DNA from: Eledone cirrhosa
Taxonomy: Eukaryota
Direction of reading: 5' to 3'
DNA length: 64,000 nucleotides
NCBI GenBank assembly: GCA_964016885.1
Contig: OZ024762.1
Span: forward strand, 19,344,001-19,408,000
Shown here: positions 1 through 12,066 of the stretch, one piece after another
How positions within the stretch are numbered: the stretch's first letter is position 1
Layout: each line of letters begins with the position of its first letter
Position numbers and translations under genes: made by a program
Notes under the pieces: model-generated
What the model saw: only the letters and a program-made list of their open reading frames with translations
What the model was told of the DNA's origin: nothing
The model's database searches: none

Positions 1-535
1 TCATCGCTCTCTCTCTCTCTCCTTATCATCGCTCTCTCTTTCACCTCTCTCCCTTTCTCTCTCTCCCTTTCAACTCTCTCCCTCTCTCACACTCTCTCCC
101 TTTCTCCCTCTCTCACACTCCCTCCCTCTCTCACACTCTCTCCCTCTCTCCCTTTCTCCCTCTCTCACACTCTCTCCCTTTCTCCCTCTCTCACACTCTC
201 TCCCTCTCTCACAGTCTCTCCCTCTCTCCCTTTCTCCCTCTCTCCCTTTCTCCCTCTCTCACACTCTCTCCCTTTCTCCCTCTCTCACACTCTCTCCCTC
301 TCTCTCACACACTCTCTCCCTCTCTCCCTCTCTCTCACACACTCTCTCCCTCTCTCTCACACTCACTCACTCTCTCACTCACTCACTCTCTCACTCACTC
401 TCTCACTCTCTCACTCTCTCACTCTCTCTCTCACTCACTCACTCACTCACTCACTCTCTCTCTATATATAGCTACAAACATGCATACATGCATACACATA
501 CACACACATATATACACACATATATATATATACAT
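1..535. repeat. CT/CA-rich compound microsatellite
   Basis: Degenerate (CT)n, (CTCA)n, (TA)n and (CA)n tracts. Confidence 0.95.
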
Positions 536-684
536 AGTGAGAATCCTGCTAGTAAGGAATGAAAAGAATCAATTATACATATTTCTCCGTTTTTACGAAC
601 CAGCTGAACAAATCCATTATTTTGTGAAATGATTTCCTTTACAATCTACACAGGCCAGCTGCTCACCGTTGTAATCACAGCATT

Positions 685-1233
685 TACTACAGTACACTAA
701 CAGTTTATTACAGTACACTAACAGTTTACTACAGTACACTAACAGTTTACTACAGTACACTAACAGTTTACTACAGTACACTAACAGTTTACTACAGTAC
801 ACTAACAGTTTACTACAGTACAATAACAGTTTACTACAGTACACTAACAGTTTATTACAGTACACTAACAGTTTATTACAGTACAATAACAGTTTACTAC
901 ATAACAATAACAGTTTACTACAGTACACTAACAGTTTATTACAGTACACTAACAGTTTACTACAGTACAATAACAGTTTACTACAGTACACTAACAGTTT
1001 ACTACAGTACACTAACAGTTTACTACAGTACAATAACAGTTTACTACAGTACACTAACAGTTTATTACAGTACAATAACAGTTTACTACAGTACACTAAC
1101 AGTTTACTACAGTACAATAACAGTTTACCACAGCACAATAACAGTTTACCACAGCATAATAACAGTTTACCACAGCACAATAACAATTTACTACAGTACA
1201 ATAACAGTTTACTACATCACAATAACAGTTTAC
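685..1233. repeat. 21-bp minisatellite (about 26 units)
   Basis: Unit ~CTACAGTACACTAACAGTTTA; explains the CSKLLVY repeat ORF. Confidence 0.95.
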
Positions 1234-1897
1234 TAAGGCACAATGTGGGTAATTGTGTAGCGGGAGCCAATATAGCGGTTGTTGGTCCAAGATAGACTTC
1301 TCTGCTTATCTATATTACTCTCCCTCTGGAGCTTCCCGGCAACATATCCTTGCATGATTCTTTGCTGATAAGCATTCACTTTTTGATCCATAGATTTGCT
1401 GCGGTACTGTTGGGCAGCTTCCCTGGGTGTGAGTTTTTTAGACATTTAATTAGCTTTCTTACATCAATGAAGCTGAAAATAGATACTGGAGAGGTTAGTA
1501 TAAATAATTATATTTACAATACGCTATAAATCTTAATAGATTGTAAGAGAGCAACCACCATCGGAAGATTTCATTTTAAACCATGTAAAACTGCTCTTGA
1601 AACAGTTCCTGTTTATATTTATTGTTTCTGATTATCGCACGGAATATCTTTGAAGGAGTTCCTTCCCAACTCTCATGATCTTATCTGTCTCATGCAGACA
1701 GACTTGCTGAATAGATGGGCTGCTACGTTTGGAGGTTCGTAAGTGTTGTCGGGGGGATTTGATGCGACACTTAAATGCCGTCTGGGCTGATGATAGGTTT
1801 CTGTCTCCCTGCTTACGTTTCAAGTAAAGGCGCTCTATTCCACTGTTGATGTGGAAGTTACCGGTGTGGCTTAGAATTTTTCGAGTTTTAACATCAA
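1233..1897 (-). mobile_element. R4/Dong-clade non-LTR retrotransposon fragment (post-RT region), split by a ~185-bp insert at 1446-1631
   Basis: Translations IDVKTRKILSHTGNFHINSGIERLYLKRKQG...MRVGKELL and ...IMQGYVAGKLQRESNIDKQRSLSW...TITHIV resemble the recalled R4/Dong motifs IDxKTRKxL...HxxSDxxRLYLxRxxGGRGL, MHG...ID..S..W and ExIxHI. Confidence 0.75.
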
Positions 1898-1898
1898 T

Positions 1899-1959
<61 letters not shown>

Positions 1960-1975
1960 GTTTCTACTACTGCTT

Positions 1976-2013
<38 letters not shown>

Positions 2014-2052
2014 GCTACTACTAGTAGTAATAGTAGTAGTTGTTGTTGTAGT
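1898..2052. repeat. (ACT)n/(TAG)n microsatellite
   Basis: Direct reading; abuts the 5'-truncated end of the R4/Dong fragment. Confidence 0.97.
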
Positions 2053-2214
2053 AAGTTCAATTCCCACTGTGGTCAAAATTTCTTTTCATCCTTTGAGATC
2101 GATAAAAATGTACCAGCCAAGTTACTGGGGTCTAATCTTCTATTATCTCTTTCTCGCTTCCTCTCAATCTCTGGTAGAAATCTGCTGTGTTCATACATAG
2201 AGAGGGATGGTCTC

Positions 2215-2387
2215 TGCCAGGCTGTATCCGGCCAGTATTCTCTCACCTCATTCTGTTCAACTCGACCGTAACTAGCCATTCATACTGATGTTAAGGTATT
2301 GCTCTCAAAATAAATAATATCAAAATCTCGTAGATTCGATATTGTGAGATAAATTGTTTACCGTGAAAATACAATAGTATATATAGA
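2215..2387 (-). mobile_element. Fragment of piggyBac-type MITE family 1
   Basis: Reverse complement matches the MITE at 51108-51310. Confidence 0.7.
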
Positions 2388-2786
2388 GCAGGGGTGTGCA
2401 ACATATGCCATTGGCGAGCCACTTTTGAACATTGGAACAACTATTAGGGCCATTAATATTTATTAAGCACTATTCCAAAGATTCATCACTTCTTTCCATA
2501 ACATGGAACTGGGAAATTCTAAGACAAGTAACCCTATCAGTGAAACCCTTTAGTATTAAGGAAAAAATGAAGACATACAGATACACACACAAACCAAACT
2601 AACAAAATAAATAAGACACACACAGATAGAACAAACAACCAACCAACTAGTAACAAGTAAATAACACATAAATAAATAAACACACACTCACCCGGATGTA
2701 ACGCATGCGCAAACTAAGCACACAACACAACACAACAACAAGATGGTGTAGGACAGAACAAAGGAGAGACACAAAATAAAAATCTA

Positions 2787-2829
2787 GTCACTGAGGAGGT
2801 CACAGAATGTGTGACGAAAGAGCTTTGAT
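2787..2829 (+). ncRNA. Minimal type I hammerhead-like motif in a dispersed short repeat (relatives of the downstream flank at ~6430-6590 and ~12165-12240)
   Basis: gtca-CTGAGGA-g-GTCACA gaatg TGTGAC-GAAA-gagctt-tgat; 6-bp stem II, short stem I, weak stem III. Confidence 0.55.
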
Positions 2830-2985
2830 AATATATAAACAACCTTCCGGTTATCGAACCAACCAGCCGGAAACTTATAATGAATCCAATAGGTGCGTGT
2901 GTTTTTATTGGTAGTATGATCCTCCCAAAGTATAACAATATTATATTATTTATTATGTATAAATTGACGATTTTATATATTATTA

Positions 2986-3085
2986 TCCAAGTACCCTGGG
3001 CAATGTAGTTTCAGAATATATATGGTTATGGTGGTCTATCTCCAAAACCATATTAGTAGTTCGTGAACAAACAAATAGGAATACA
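2986..3085 (-). mobile_element. Helitron 5'-region fragment
   Basis: Similar to 31606-31690 (TCCAAGTACCCTGGG...AATGTAGTTTC...GTGAACAAACA). Confidence 0.65.
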
Positions 3086-3086
3086 A

Positions 3087-3262
3087 ATTGGCAGTATCGG
3101 TAGAGGGTCGGACGCCATGCTTTCCAGCATAGTTACGTCTCTTTACGATCTGAGTTCAAATCCCGCCGAGGTTGACTTTGCCTTTCATCCTTACGGGGTC
3201 GATAAAATAAAGTACCAGTAATGAACTGGGTAATTGCTGGCCTTGTGCCCAAAGTAGAAACA
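3087..3262 (+). mobile_element. SINE family A (tRNA-derived head; central GCCTTTCATCCTT..GGGGTCGATAAAATAAAGTACC domain, Meta/MESC-like from memory)
   Basis: A-box-like TGGCAGTATCGG, B-box GTTCAAATCC, tail GCCTTGTGCC..AAAGTAGAAAC; about 20 copies in the window. Confidence 0.9.
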
Positions 3263-4734
3263 TATATATATAGATATGTTATTTACAATTTGCGTGTTGG
3301 CAGGTCTCTCTGGAAATAGGGGGAAGGTGTTGAAGGTATTACCTAGCCGTGAGGGGCTGTGGTCAAAGAAGTTTGAGAACCTCTGTTTTAAACTAATAAT
3401 CCTTTCAAAAACCTTCATAAATTACTCGTTTTCTGTTGTTTCTCCACTCCAAAACTTCATAACAGCCATCAACACTGTAATAACAATATACTCGGCTGTC
3501 AATTTGTACCATCATGTATAACGAGTTTATTGTCTAGACAAGTTATGTTGACATTTATTTTTCTACGTAGCCTTCAGCGGTTCATCATTGGCAGTTTGGA
3601 ATAAAGAGGGTGAGTGAATCATGATAATCTGTCAAATAACATTGAAACAGGTTGGTTTCGTTGCTAATCCCAAACTCAAAGAATATTTCCGTGGGCTTAA
3701 TAAATATTATTTCTTAAAACAAAACAAAACAGAAAATACAGCGCAAACAAGCCATGGAAACAAGTCTGTCTACTTACTTATTTATTTATTTATCTTTTAA
3801 TTAATTATATTATTTATAAGAAGATAATATAAAAATAAATATATATGTATTTAAGTATTAGATGATTAACTTGAAGTAATGTTCATTCAAAGGCCACCTC
3901 CCCACATCCAAACCTATGTAATTCATTGCAAGCGCTAACGTGTGGGACTGGTCGACATTGTTATTTTCTGCCGCCAAACATCGTTACTATTTTGAAAGGC
4001 AGTTTTCAAATGGTGGATGAATGAGTTTTGTATGGAAGGTAGAAAAGTCTTTATATATCGGAAGAGGATTGCTTAAATGAAAGGTAAGACCTAGCTTTCA
4101 TTTCTACCTTATAAACATCCCGAAAGCAGAAAGATTTTCTTCTATTCTTCCTCTATGTCTCTGTTTCTCTGTTATCTCTGATAGTTTCGTGAAATATAAA
4201 CATAGAGAAAGGTGAATGTCTTTTTCTCGTTCTATCGAAAACCGGTGATGCTGAACACGAAATATTATTTAAACAAATAATAAATATTTCCTACCGTATA
4301 ACCACCATACATCATTATTATTCTTATTATTATTTATCACCCAATGCAATTATTTTGCCGATATTTATTCAACATTCGTATTTCTGCACAAATATATTTT
4401 ATATAAACCCGCTCAGACCAATTTCCGTCTGCTGTTTACTACTAAAAAATATTTATTTTTTCTATCATCGCAACTAACAAAGTGCCCAGATTATAAATAT
4501 ATATTTATATGAATATAATTCTTTTTATAAGACTGGCGAAAATGTGATTCTGTGACGTCCATGCCTATATTAAAGATAATTATTTACATTTAGATGGTAT
4601 AGGAGGTGTCATGCTGTATCATTTGAGGTTAAATTCGGTTCTTGTATGATGTTTGTATTGAAAGTCCACAGGATATTTTTTCATATTTAAAACAATAAAA
4701 TCCCAGCCACCGGACTTTTGGTGATATTGTATTC

Positions 4735-4785
<51 letters not shown>

Positions 4786-4868
4786 GTGTGTGTGTATGTA
4801 CATACTGTCTTAGTTATCGGCCTATCTATGTAATACATACACTCTCTACATATTTATATATCTACCCG

Positions 4869-4932
<64 letters not shown>

Positions 4933-4936
4933 TACC

Positions 4937-4988
<52 letters not shown>

Positions 4989-5317
4989 TGTATGCGTGTA
5001 TATATATATATATATGATATACCGGTGAAATACGTATAGATATCTGGATCAATAGATTCCTTGTTTTTGATTGTCAAAAAGCACTAGTCTGATTATCGTA
5101 ATAATGCTTCACTCGGCTGTTTACTACTACTAAAATAATTATTGTTACTACACAGGCTTGTTAAAGTAAACGGTAATCTTTTATTTTATAATCACACACA
5201 CTTCCAGTAATTTCCGTTATTGGAAAATGACAAAATCAACCAAACAAAATGTTACAAACATAATCGTAACCCATACTTTGTAAAACGTATCTTTGCAACA
5301 CACACACATATATATAT

Positions 5318-5355
<38 letters not shown>

Positions 5356-5359
5356 GTGT

Positions 5360-5618
5360 AAAGTGTGTTTTATAAATTTTGACATAGCCAAGGAACATAC
5401 CTTAACGGTTGAAGTTATCCTTGGAAGTGGTGAAAGCGTACCAAAGTTTTTGGTACCCTTGAAATATATATAATAGAATACATATGGTTTTTATAAATAT
5501 AGTTTCCATTTATTTAATATCATTGAATATTATACTCCAGAAATCTGTCGAGTGCTCTGAATCAGTTATAAACATTTATATTTGTTGAACTACCAACAAA
5601 TTGAATATCCCTTCTGCT

Positions 5619-5620
<2 letters not shown>
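5360..5620 (+). mobile_element. Hammerhead element family 1, degenerate copy (CTGA lost)
   Basis: Matches 11030-11270 and 32300-32545; flanked by (TA)n; stem II AAGCGTACCAAA..TTTGGTACCCTT then GAAATATATATA retained. Confidence 0.7.
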
Positions 5621-5624
<4 letters not shown>

Positions 5625-5673
<49 letters not shown>

Positions 5674-5716
5674 ATGTATTTATGTATGTATGTATGTATG
5701 TATGTATGTATGTATG

Positions 5717-5748
<32 letters not shown>

Positions 5749-6120
5749 AGGTAAACAGAAATAACAACACAATCGGTACAGTATATGGAAGGGATATATT
5801 AGGTTAACACTTGATATAACAGGAAGAGGGTCTCAATATATATATGTGTATATATATATTATTAAGAAAGTTATATGGAAACAATGTATATACACAGACG
5901 CACATGCATAAACGCACAGATAGACGCATATATACATACACGCACACATGTATGCATGCATACACGCACAGATAGACACATATATACATACACGCACACA
6001 TGTATGCATGCATACGTATACACGCACACACACACATACATACATACATACATACATACATACATACATACATACATACATACATACATACATACATAGA
6101 CGTACATACCTACCTACCTA
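5625..6120. repeat. (TA)n/(TATG)n/(CATA)n tracts enclosing a family 4 fragment (5744-5835)
   Basis: GTAAAAGGTAAACAGAAATAAC... also at ~11757 and, inverted, at 32553-32613. Confidence 0.85.
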
Positions 6121-6605
6121 TAAGACGAAATAATTAGAAATGTGTGTATATATGCACAATGCAGGTTTCGCATCTTATGTGTGTGTCAATTAGGAAGGGC
6201 CTCTGTGATTGCTAGCGATAGCAGTCAAATATCCCTCCTTCAGTTCACCTATGCAGGCTTTCTACACGATCGTTAGAAATAGCAGCCAAATCGTCCCGTC
6301 CTTCAAATTACAGCTTCTTAGAAATCTTAGTAAAGGAATAAGCACATTTGATAAAAGAAGAAAAATGATTGGGATATCTTAGTCAAAACAAAATACACTT
6401 ATATATATATATATATATATATTTCGTTTCTGAATATATAAACAACTATCTGGTTGTGGAACCAACCAACCAACCAGAAATTTATAAGTTTGTAAATTTG
6501 TAAATTTATAAATATATAATAAATTGAAGTGAAAGCAACTGGTGCGTGTGTTTCTTATTGGCAACATGACCCTCCCAAAGTATAACAATATATATATATG
6601 TATAA

Positions 6606-6868
6606 AAGCATATGTATACATACTAGTGCTCCAGTATGTATAATAATTGTTTCATAAGCATATGTATGTATACATACTAGTGCTCCAGTATGTTTAATAG
6701 TTGTTTCATAAGCATATGTATGTATACATACTAGTGCTCCAGTATGTTTAATAGTTGTTTCATAAGCATATGTATGTATACATACTAGTGCTCCAGTATG
6801 TTTAATAGTTGTTTCATAAGCATATGTATGTATACATACTCGTGCTCCAGTATGTATAATAATTGTTT
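6606..6868. repeat. 54-bp tandem repeat (about 4.7 units) overlapping a SINE A tail
   Basis: CATACTAGTGCTCCAGTATG recurs every 54 bp. Confidence 0.9.
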
Positions 6869-7235
6869 CTATTTTTGGCACAAGGCCAGCAATTATCACA
6901 GTGCATTACTGGTACTTTATTTTATCGACCCCGTAAGGATGAAAGGCAAAGTTAATCCTCGGCGGGATTTGAACTCAGACCATAAAGGGCCGTAACTCTA
7001 TGCTGCAAGGCATGGTGTCTGACCCTCTATCGATACTGCCAATCCACCGCCAGTATCTATAATAATTGTTTCTACTTTAGGCACCAGACCAGCAATAACC
7101 CAGTGCATTACTGGTACTTTATTTTATCGACCCCGTAAGGATGATAGGCAAAGTCAAGTTCGGCGGGATTTGAACTCAGATCGTAAAGGGACGTAACTAT
7201 GCTGGAAAGCATGGCGTCCGACCCTCCACCGCCAT
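6858..7235 (-). mobile_element. Two head-to-tail SINE A copies
   Basis: Reverse complement of SINE A at ~6858-7052 and ~7060-7235. Confidence 0.9.
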
Positions 7236-8149
7236 AATGACGGCATTAGCGTTAAATGTATTTAACGTTTGATGTCCAGGATTACTGGTTTTGTGAATAA
7301 TTATAGAAACGAGTTGGCTGTTCTGTTGGTCAAACAACTAGAGCAGTTGTCGTAGTAACCAACGCAGGTCCAACACAAGGAGCATCGTCTGTTATCCGTC
7401 TTTAAGATGGTATGGTATAATTGGTGAAAGATTTGGCTGCTATTTCTACTAGGTCGAGGGGCAACCTAAAATATTCCCTCGCGGTCTTTACGTAGATAGG
7501 TAGATAGATAGATAGATAGAAAAACAAGAAGGAAGGAGCTTGCACACACACAAACACACGTTTTACATGTGTTTATGTGATAGCATCGAAACCTGATTAC
7601 GCAATCTTTAGTGGGTGGCTGAAGGAACGAGTATTATTTCATGTGCTGGCTGTGTACTTGTGTCCTCTTATTTTGCTACACGCACACACATAAAATACGC
7701 ATGCAAGTGGCTGAGCATTCTATTAACACGTGGGTACCTTTAGTGTAAGTTCTCGGTGACAAGGTTAACCACTTTGAATTACAGGTATAGCTTACGATCA
7801 GTCGTGAGCCGAACACTATAACCATTAATTCGCGCACCTTTACATGACCTGGGTAGGCGTGGGGGGGCCTTATAGTCCTTGATAAAGACCCCACCGCCCC
7901 CACCCCCCCAAAAACGGGGGCGTTTACAGATATAATTTTCTTTGATCATAGCTAGCTAGGTATGTATGTGTGTGCTCAATGTGACTAGGTTAGATTTGGC
8001 CTAGGGCTAAATTAAACAAACAGCAACAATCTCTCGTTATGACTGTAATATATCTTGTCTGTCACACTTTCACTATCTCTCTCTTATCATCTACATCTCC
8101 GTACTGTTGTTGTTGTTGTTGTTGTTGATCATTCATTAATTAATCAGCA

Positions 8150-9880
8150 CATCTCTTTCTTTCTCTCGTTCTCTCCCTCTCTTGTCGACTGCTTATGTCT
8201 TGCCATTTGCCCCATCTCTCGTCGACTGCTTACGTCTTGCCATTTGCCCCCTCTCTCTCCTATCTTGTTTACATTATTTTTCTCGACTGCCTATGTCTTG
8301 CTCTCTCTCTCTCATGCTCTCTCTCTCTCTCTCATATGCTCTCTCTCTCTCTCTCATATGCTCTCTCCGTCTCTTATGCTCTCTCTCTCAGTCTCTCAGT
8401 CTCTCATGCTCTCTCTCTGTCTCTCATGCTCTCTCTCTCAGTCTTTCATGCTCTCTCTCTCAGTCTCTCATGCTCTCTCTCAGTCTCTCATGCTCTCTCT
8501 CTCTCCGTCTCTCATGCTCTCTCTCTCCGTCTCTCATGCTCTCTCTCTCTCCGTCTCTTATGCTCTCTCTCTCTCCGTCTCTTATGCTCTCTCTCTCTCC
8601 GTCTCTCATGCTCTCTCTCTCTTATGTTTACATTCTGTTATTTTCTCGATTGCTTATGACTTTCTCTCTCTCTCTGTTTGTCTCCGTCTTTCTCGCTCAC
8701 TCTCTGTTTGTCTCCGTCTTTCTCGCTCACTCTCTGTCTGTCTCCGTCTTTCTCTCACACTCTCTGTCTGTCTCCGTCTTTCTCTCACACTCTCTGTCTG
8801 TCTCCGTCTTTCTCTCTCACTCTCTGTCTGTCTCCGTCTTTCTCTCTCTCTGTCTCCGTCTTTCTCTCTCTCTCTCCCCGTCTCTCTCTCTCCGTCTCTC
8901 TCTCTCCCCGTCTCTCTCTCTCTCCCCGTCTCTCTCTCTCTCCCCGTCTCTCTCTCTCTCCCCGTCTCTCTCTCTCTCTCTCTCCCCGTCTCTCTCTCTC
9001 CCCGTCTCTCTTTCTCCCTGTCTCTCTCTCTCCCTGTCTCTCTCTCTCCCGGTCTCTCCGTCTCTCTCTCCGTCTCTCCCTCCGTCTCTCCGTCTCTCTC
9101 TCCGTCTCTCTCTCCGTCTCTCTCTCTCTACTCTCTTCTCTCTCTCTCTCTCTCTACCCTTCTCTACCCTTCTCTACCCTTCTCTACCCTTCTCTCTCTC
9201 TCTCTCTCTCTCTCTACCCTTCTCTCTCTCTACCCTAGTCTCTCTCTCTCTCTCCCTGTCTGTCTCTCTCTCCGTGCTTATATATTTTGTTACCATATCC
9301 TCAATTGCTTATGTTTTTCTCTCTTTCTCTCTTTTTGTTTACATTCTGTTATCACCTTCTCGACTACTTGTGTCTGAAGTGTACCTAGTGGTATCATTTT
9401 CTCGACTACTTATGTCTTGCCATCTCCTACCTCTCCATTCTCCCCCCCCCCCCTCTCTCGTGTTTACATAGTGTTATCAATTTACTAAACTAGTTTATCT
9501 TGTCTCTCTCTCACTCTCATGATTACATCGCAATCACTTGTTCGACTACTTATGTCTTGCCTGCCATCTCCTCCCTATACATCCTCCCCCCCCTCTCTGT
9601 CTCTCTTGTGTTTACATAGTGTTATCAATTTATCGACTAGTTACATCTTGCCGTCGCTTTCCCTCGTCATGTTTACATCGCTATCACTAGTTCGACTACT
9701 TATGCCTTGCTATTCTCTCTTTCTTCAACGCTCCTTCTCTTTGTCTCTCTCTCGTGTTCACGCTATTATTTTATCGACTACTCATGTCTGTCTCTCTATC
9801 GTGTTTACATTGTTGCATTTTTTCGACTAGTTATACCTTGCCAACTCTTCGCCCCCTTTCCTCCTTGTGTTTATATTTTC
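8150..9880. repeat. CT-rich compound mini/microsatellite with recurring CTCGACTACTTATGTCTTGCC and TGTTTACAT motifs
   Basis: Direct reading; explains the SL-repeat ORFs. Confidence 0.9.
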
Positions 9881-10350
9881 TCGTCTTTAGAAATAATTTT
9901 TATATTGTACATGAAATAAGCATGTATCTTCTCTACTAATGCACACTGAGTACTTTATTTAACTGCGGTTCCCTTCTGTTCTTCTTCGGAACACCATTCT
10001 TAAGAGTATGTTTTGTGACCCCTCTTTTACTCAGTTCTGCTCCAGACTGTTTTTTCCCCCCTCTACCCGTGCCCTCTTTTCTTGATTCTCACACGTGTGC
10101 GTGACTCCCTCGTGTGTTTCTATCACATTCACCATTGTCATTATTTTCTGTCGCTCTTATCTCTAAAGTATCTTCTTCTTCTTCTTCACGACTACACTTG
10201 TCTCCCCCCCCCTCTCTCGAGACCTTGTGGGAATATAGGAGAAACTCCAGATTAACAAAGCTCAGGCTTGGCCTTAATAAAGAATATATACAAGGGCGGT
10301 GCCCCAGCATGGCCTCAGCCGGATGGCTGAAACAGGTAAAAGAGTATATA

Positions 10351-10440
10351 TAGGATGTCCCCCCCCCAAAAAAAAAATGTATATACACTTCAACAGCATT
10401 CTAATCAAAGTGTGGCTATATATATTTTTGGGACACCCTG
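10351..10440. mobile_element. Tc1/mariner-type mini-MITE (about 90 bp)
   Basis: Imperfect TIRs TAGGATGTCCC..AAAAATGTATATACACTT / AAGTGT..TATATTTTTGGGACACCCTG; related end TACAGGGTGTCCC at ~45115. Confidence 0.55.
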
Positions 10441-10696
10441 TGTGTGTGTGTGTATATATATTATATAGAAATGGCTTCTACACGACTAGAACTGTTTCAT
10501 TCTGCTATGTATTGAATACCTTACTTACTGTGGTTACCCCCGATTGAACCCGGGATAAACACACACACACACATTATATATATATATATATATATGTGTA
10601 AATGAAGTAATTCCGTCGGAAAAGTCCAGGAAAAAAGAGTGCTCTATGTAGGTAACAGAGCTTAATAGTTATGTAATAAACAACATAAGGCAATTA

Positions 10697-10757
10697 TTTC
10701 ATTTACGAGTGGTTTCTTAAAAGCAAAAACATTTTGCTTTCAATCATCAGAATGAAA
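10697..10757 (-). ncRNA. Type I hammerhead ribozyme, family 2 (antisense arm of palindrome)
   Basis: Reverse complement: TTTCATT-CTGATGA-12-bp stem II-GAAA-CCACTCG-TA-AATGAAA; one mismatch in stem III. Confidence 0.7.
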
Positions 10758-10814
10758 AAAATCCTGGCGTATTTATTTTTAAAAAATCCAAAGTCAATAA
10801 ATACGCCAGGATTT

Positions 10815-10875
10815 TTTCATTCTGATGATTGAAAGCAAAATGTTTTTGCTTTTAAGAAACCACTGGTAAATGAAA
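10815..10875 (+). ncRNA. Type I hammerhead ribozyme, family 2
   Basis: Stem I TTTCATT/AATGAAA; CTGATGA 10822-28; stem II TTGAAAGCAAAA-tgt-TTTTGCTTTTAA; GAAA 10856-59; stem III ACC-act-GGT; predicted GUA cleavage after 10868. Confidence 0.82.
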
Positions 10876-10908
10876 TAAAAATGGAAACTATATTTATAAA
10901 ACCATAAT

Positions 10909-10973
10909 TATTTTATTATATATATTTCAAGGGCAACCAAGGCAGTCTTGGTGCGCTTTCATCAGATAAAATA
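10909..10973 (-). ncRNA. Type I hammerhead ribozyme, family 1 (antisense arm)
   Basis: Reverse complement: TATTTTAT-CTGATGA-AAGCGCACCAAG actgc CTTGGTTGCCCTT-GAAA-TATATA-TA-ATAAAATA. Confidence 0.8.
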
Positions 10974-11053
10974 CAAAATTTGTTTTATAAATAGTGACAT
11001 AACCGTGGAAAACAACCTTGACGGTTATGTCAATATTTATAAAACAAATGTTG

Positions 11054-11120
11054 TATTTTATCTGATGAAAGCACACCAAGACTGCCTTGGTTGCTCTTGA
11101 AATATATATATAATAAAATA
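11054..11120 (+). ncRNA. Type I hammerhead ribozyme, family 1
   Basis: Stem I TATTTTAT/ATAAAATA; CTGATGA 11062-68; GAAA 11099-102; self-complementary (AT)n stem III; predicted AUA cleavage after 11112. Confidence 0.8.
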
Positions 11121-11266
11121 ATTATGGTTTTATAAATATAGTTTCCATTTATTAATATATTGAATATTTAATCCAGTAAACTGTTGAGTGCTTTATATCA
11201 GTTATTTATATCAGTTATAAACTTTTAAATTTGTTGGAATCCCAACAAATTAAATATAACTTCTGC

Positions 11267-11334
<68 letters not shown>

Positions 11335-11337
<3 letters not shown>

Positions 11338-11516
11338 TGAAGTATTTCCGTAGGAAAGGTAAAGGAAAGGAGAGTCCTCTATGTAGGCTACAGAGCTTAT
11401 TAGTTATGTAATAAACAACATAAGATAATTATTTCATTTACCAGTGGTTTCTTGAAGACAGATATGTCTTCAAGAAACCACTGGTAAATGAATTAATTAT
11501 CTTATGTTGTTTATTA
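11335..11516. mobile_element. Family 2 element ending in a fold-back palindrome with 52-bp arms
   Basis: Similar to 10600-10720; arms 11409-11460 and 11465-11516, loop GATA, one mismatch. Confidence 0.85.
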
Positions 11517-11544
11517 TATATATATATGTTTGTTTGTGTGTGTG

Positions 11545-11722
11545 AAATCTGGGTTCAATCGGAGGTAATCACAGTAAGGTATATTGGTAGAGTGTAAAAC
11601 ATGACATTTGATATAGAAATGGCTTCTACAGAACTAGAACCGTTTCATTCATCAAGAAGTGATGATTTCTTTTGAATGAAACAATTACAGTCCTGTAAAA
11701 GCCATTTCTATATTAAACGTGA
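11545..11722. mobile_element. Family 5 element with imperfect inverted repeat and degenerate hammerhead core
   Basis: Similar to 10462-10555, 30398-30460 and 61927-62062; + arm gTGATGA-TTTCTTTTGAAT-GAAA-CAATTACAGTCCTG-TA. Confidence 0.7.
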
Positions 11723-11756
11723 TGTATATATATGTATATATATATATATTTGTGTG

Positions 11757-11965
11757 TGTAAAAGGTAAACAGAAATAACGCAATCGGTACAGTATATGGA
11801 AGGGATATATTAGGTTAACGCTTGATATAGCTGGAAGAGGGTTGTAACGTTTCGGACGCTAGTCCTTCATCAGAAGAAAGAATGAGAAACGAGATAGATT
11901 GAAGGGAGGGGCGTGGTGGAATTGGAAAATAACGTCTTTAGATTAAAAATAACAGGCCCATTCAT
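11757..11965 (-). mobile_element. Family 4 Penelope-like tail with hammerhead core
   Basis: Reverse complement of 11845-11873: CTGATGA-a-GGAC tagc GTCC-GAAA-CGT-TA; stem I not evident. Confidence 0.6.
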
Positions 11966-11969
11966 ATTG

Positions 11970-12066
<97 letters not shown>

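Noticed and set aside
541-684. Possible R4 endonuclease remnant (HKIMDLFSW..EK / ICIID)
   Set aside because: Similarity to the KPD-type motif is too weak to call by eye.
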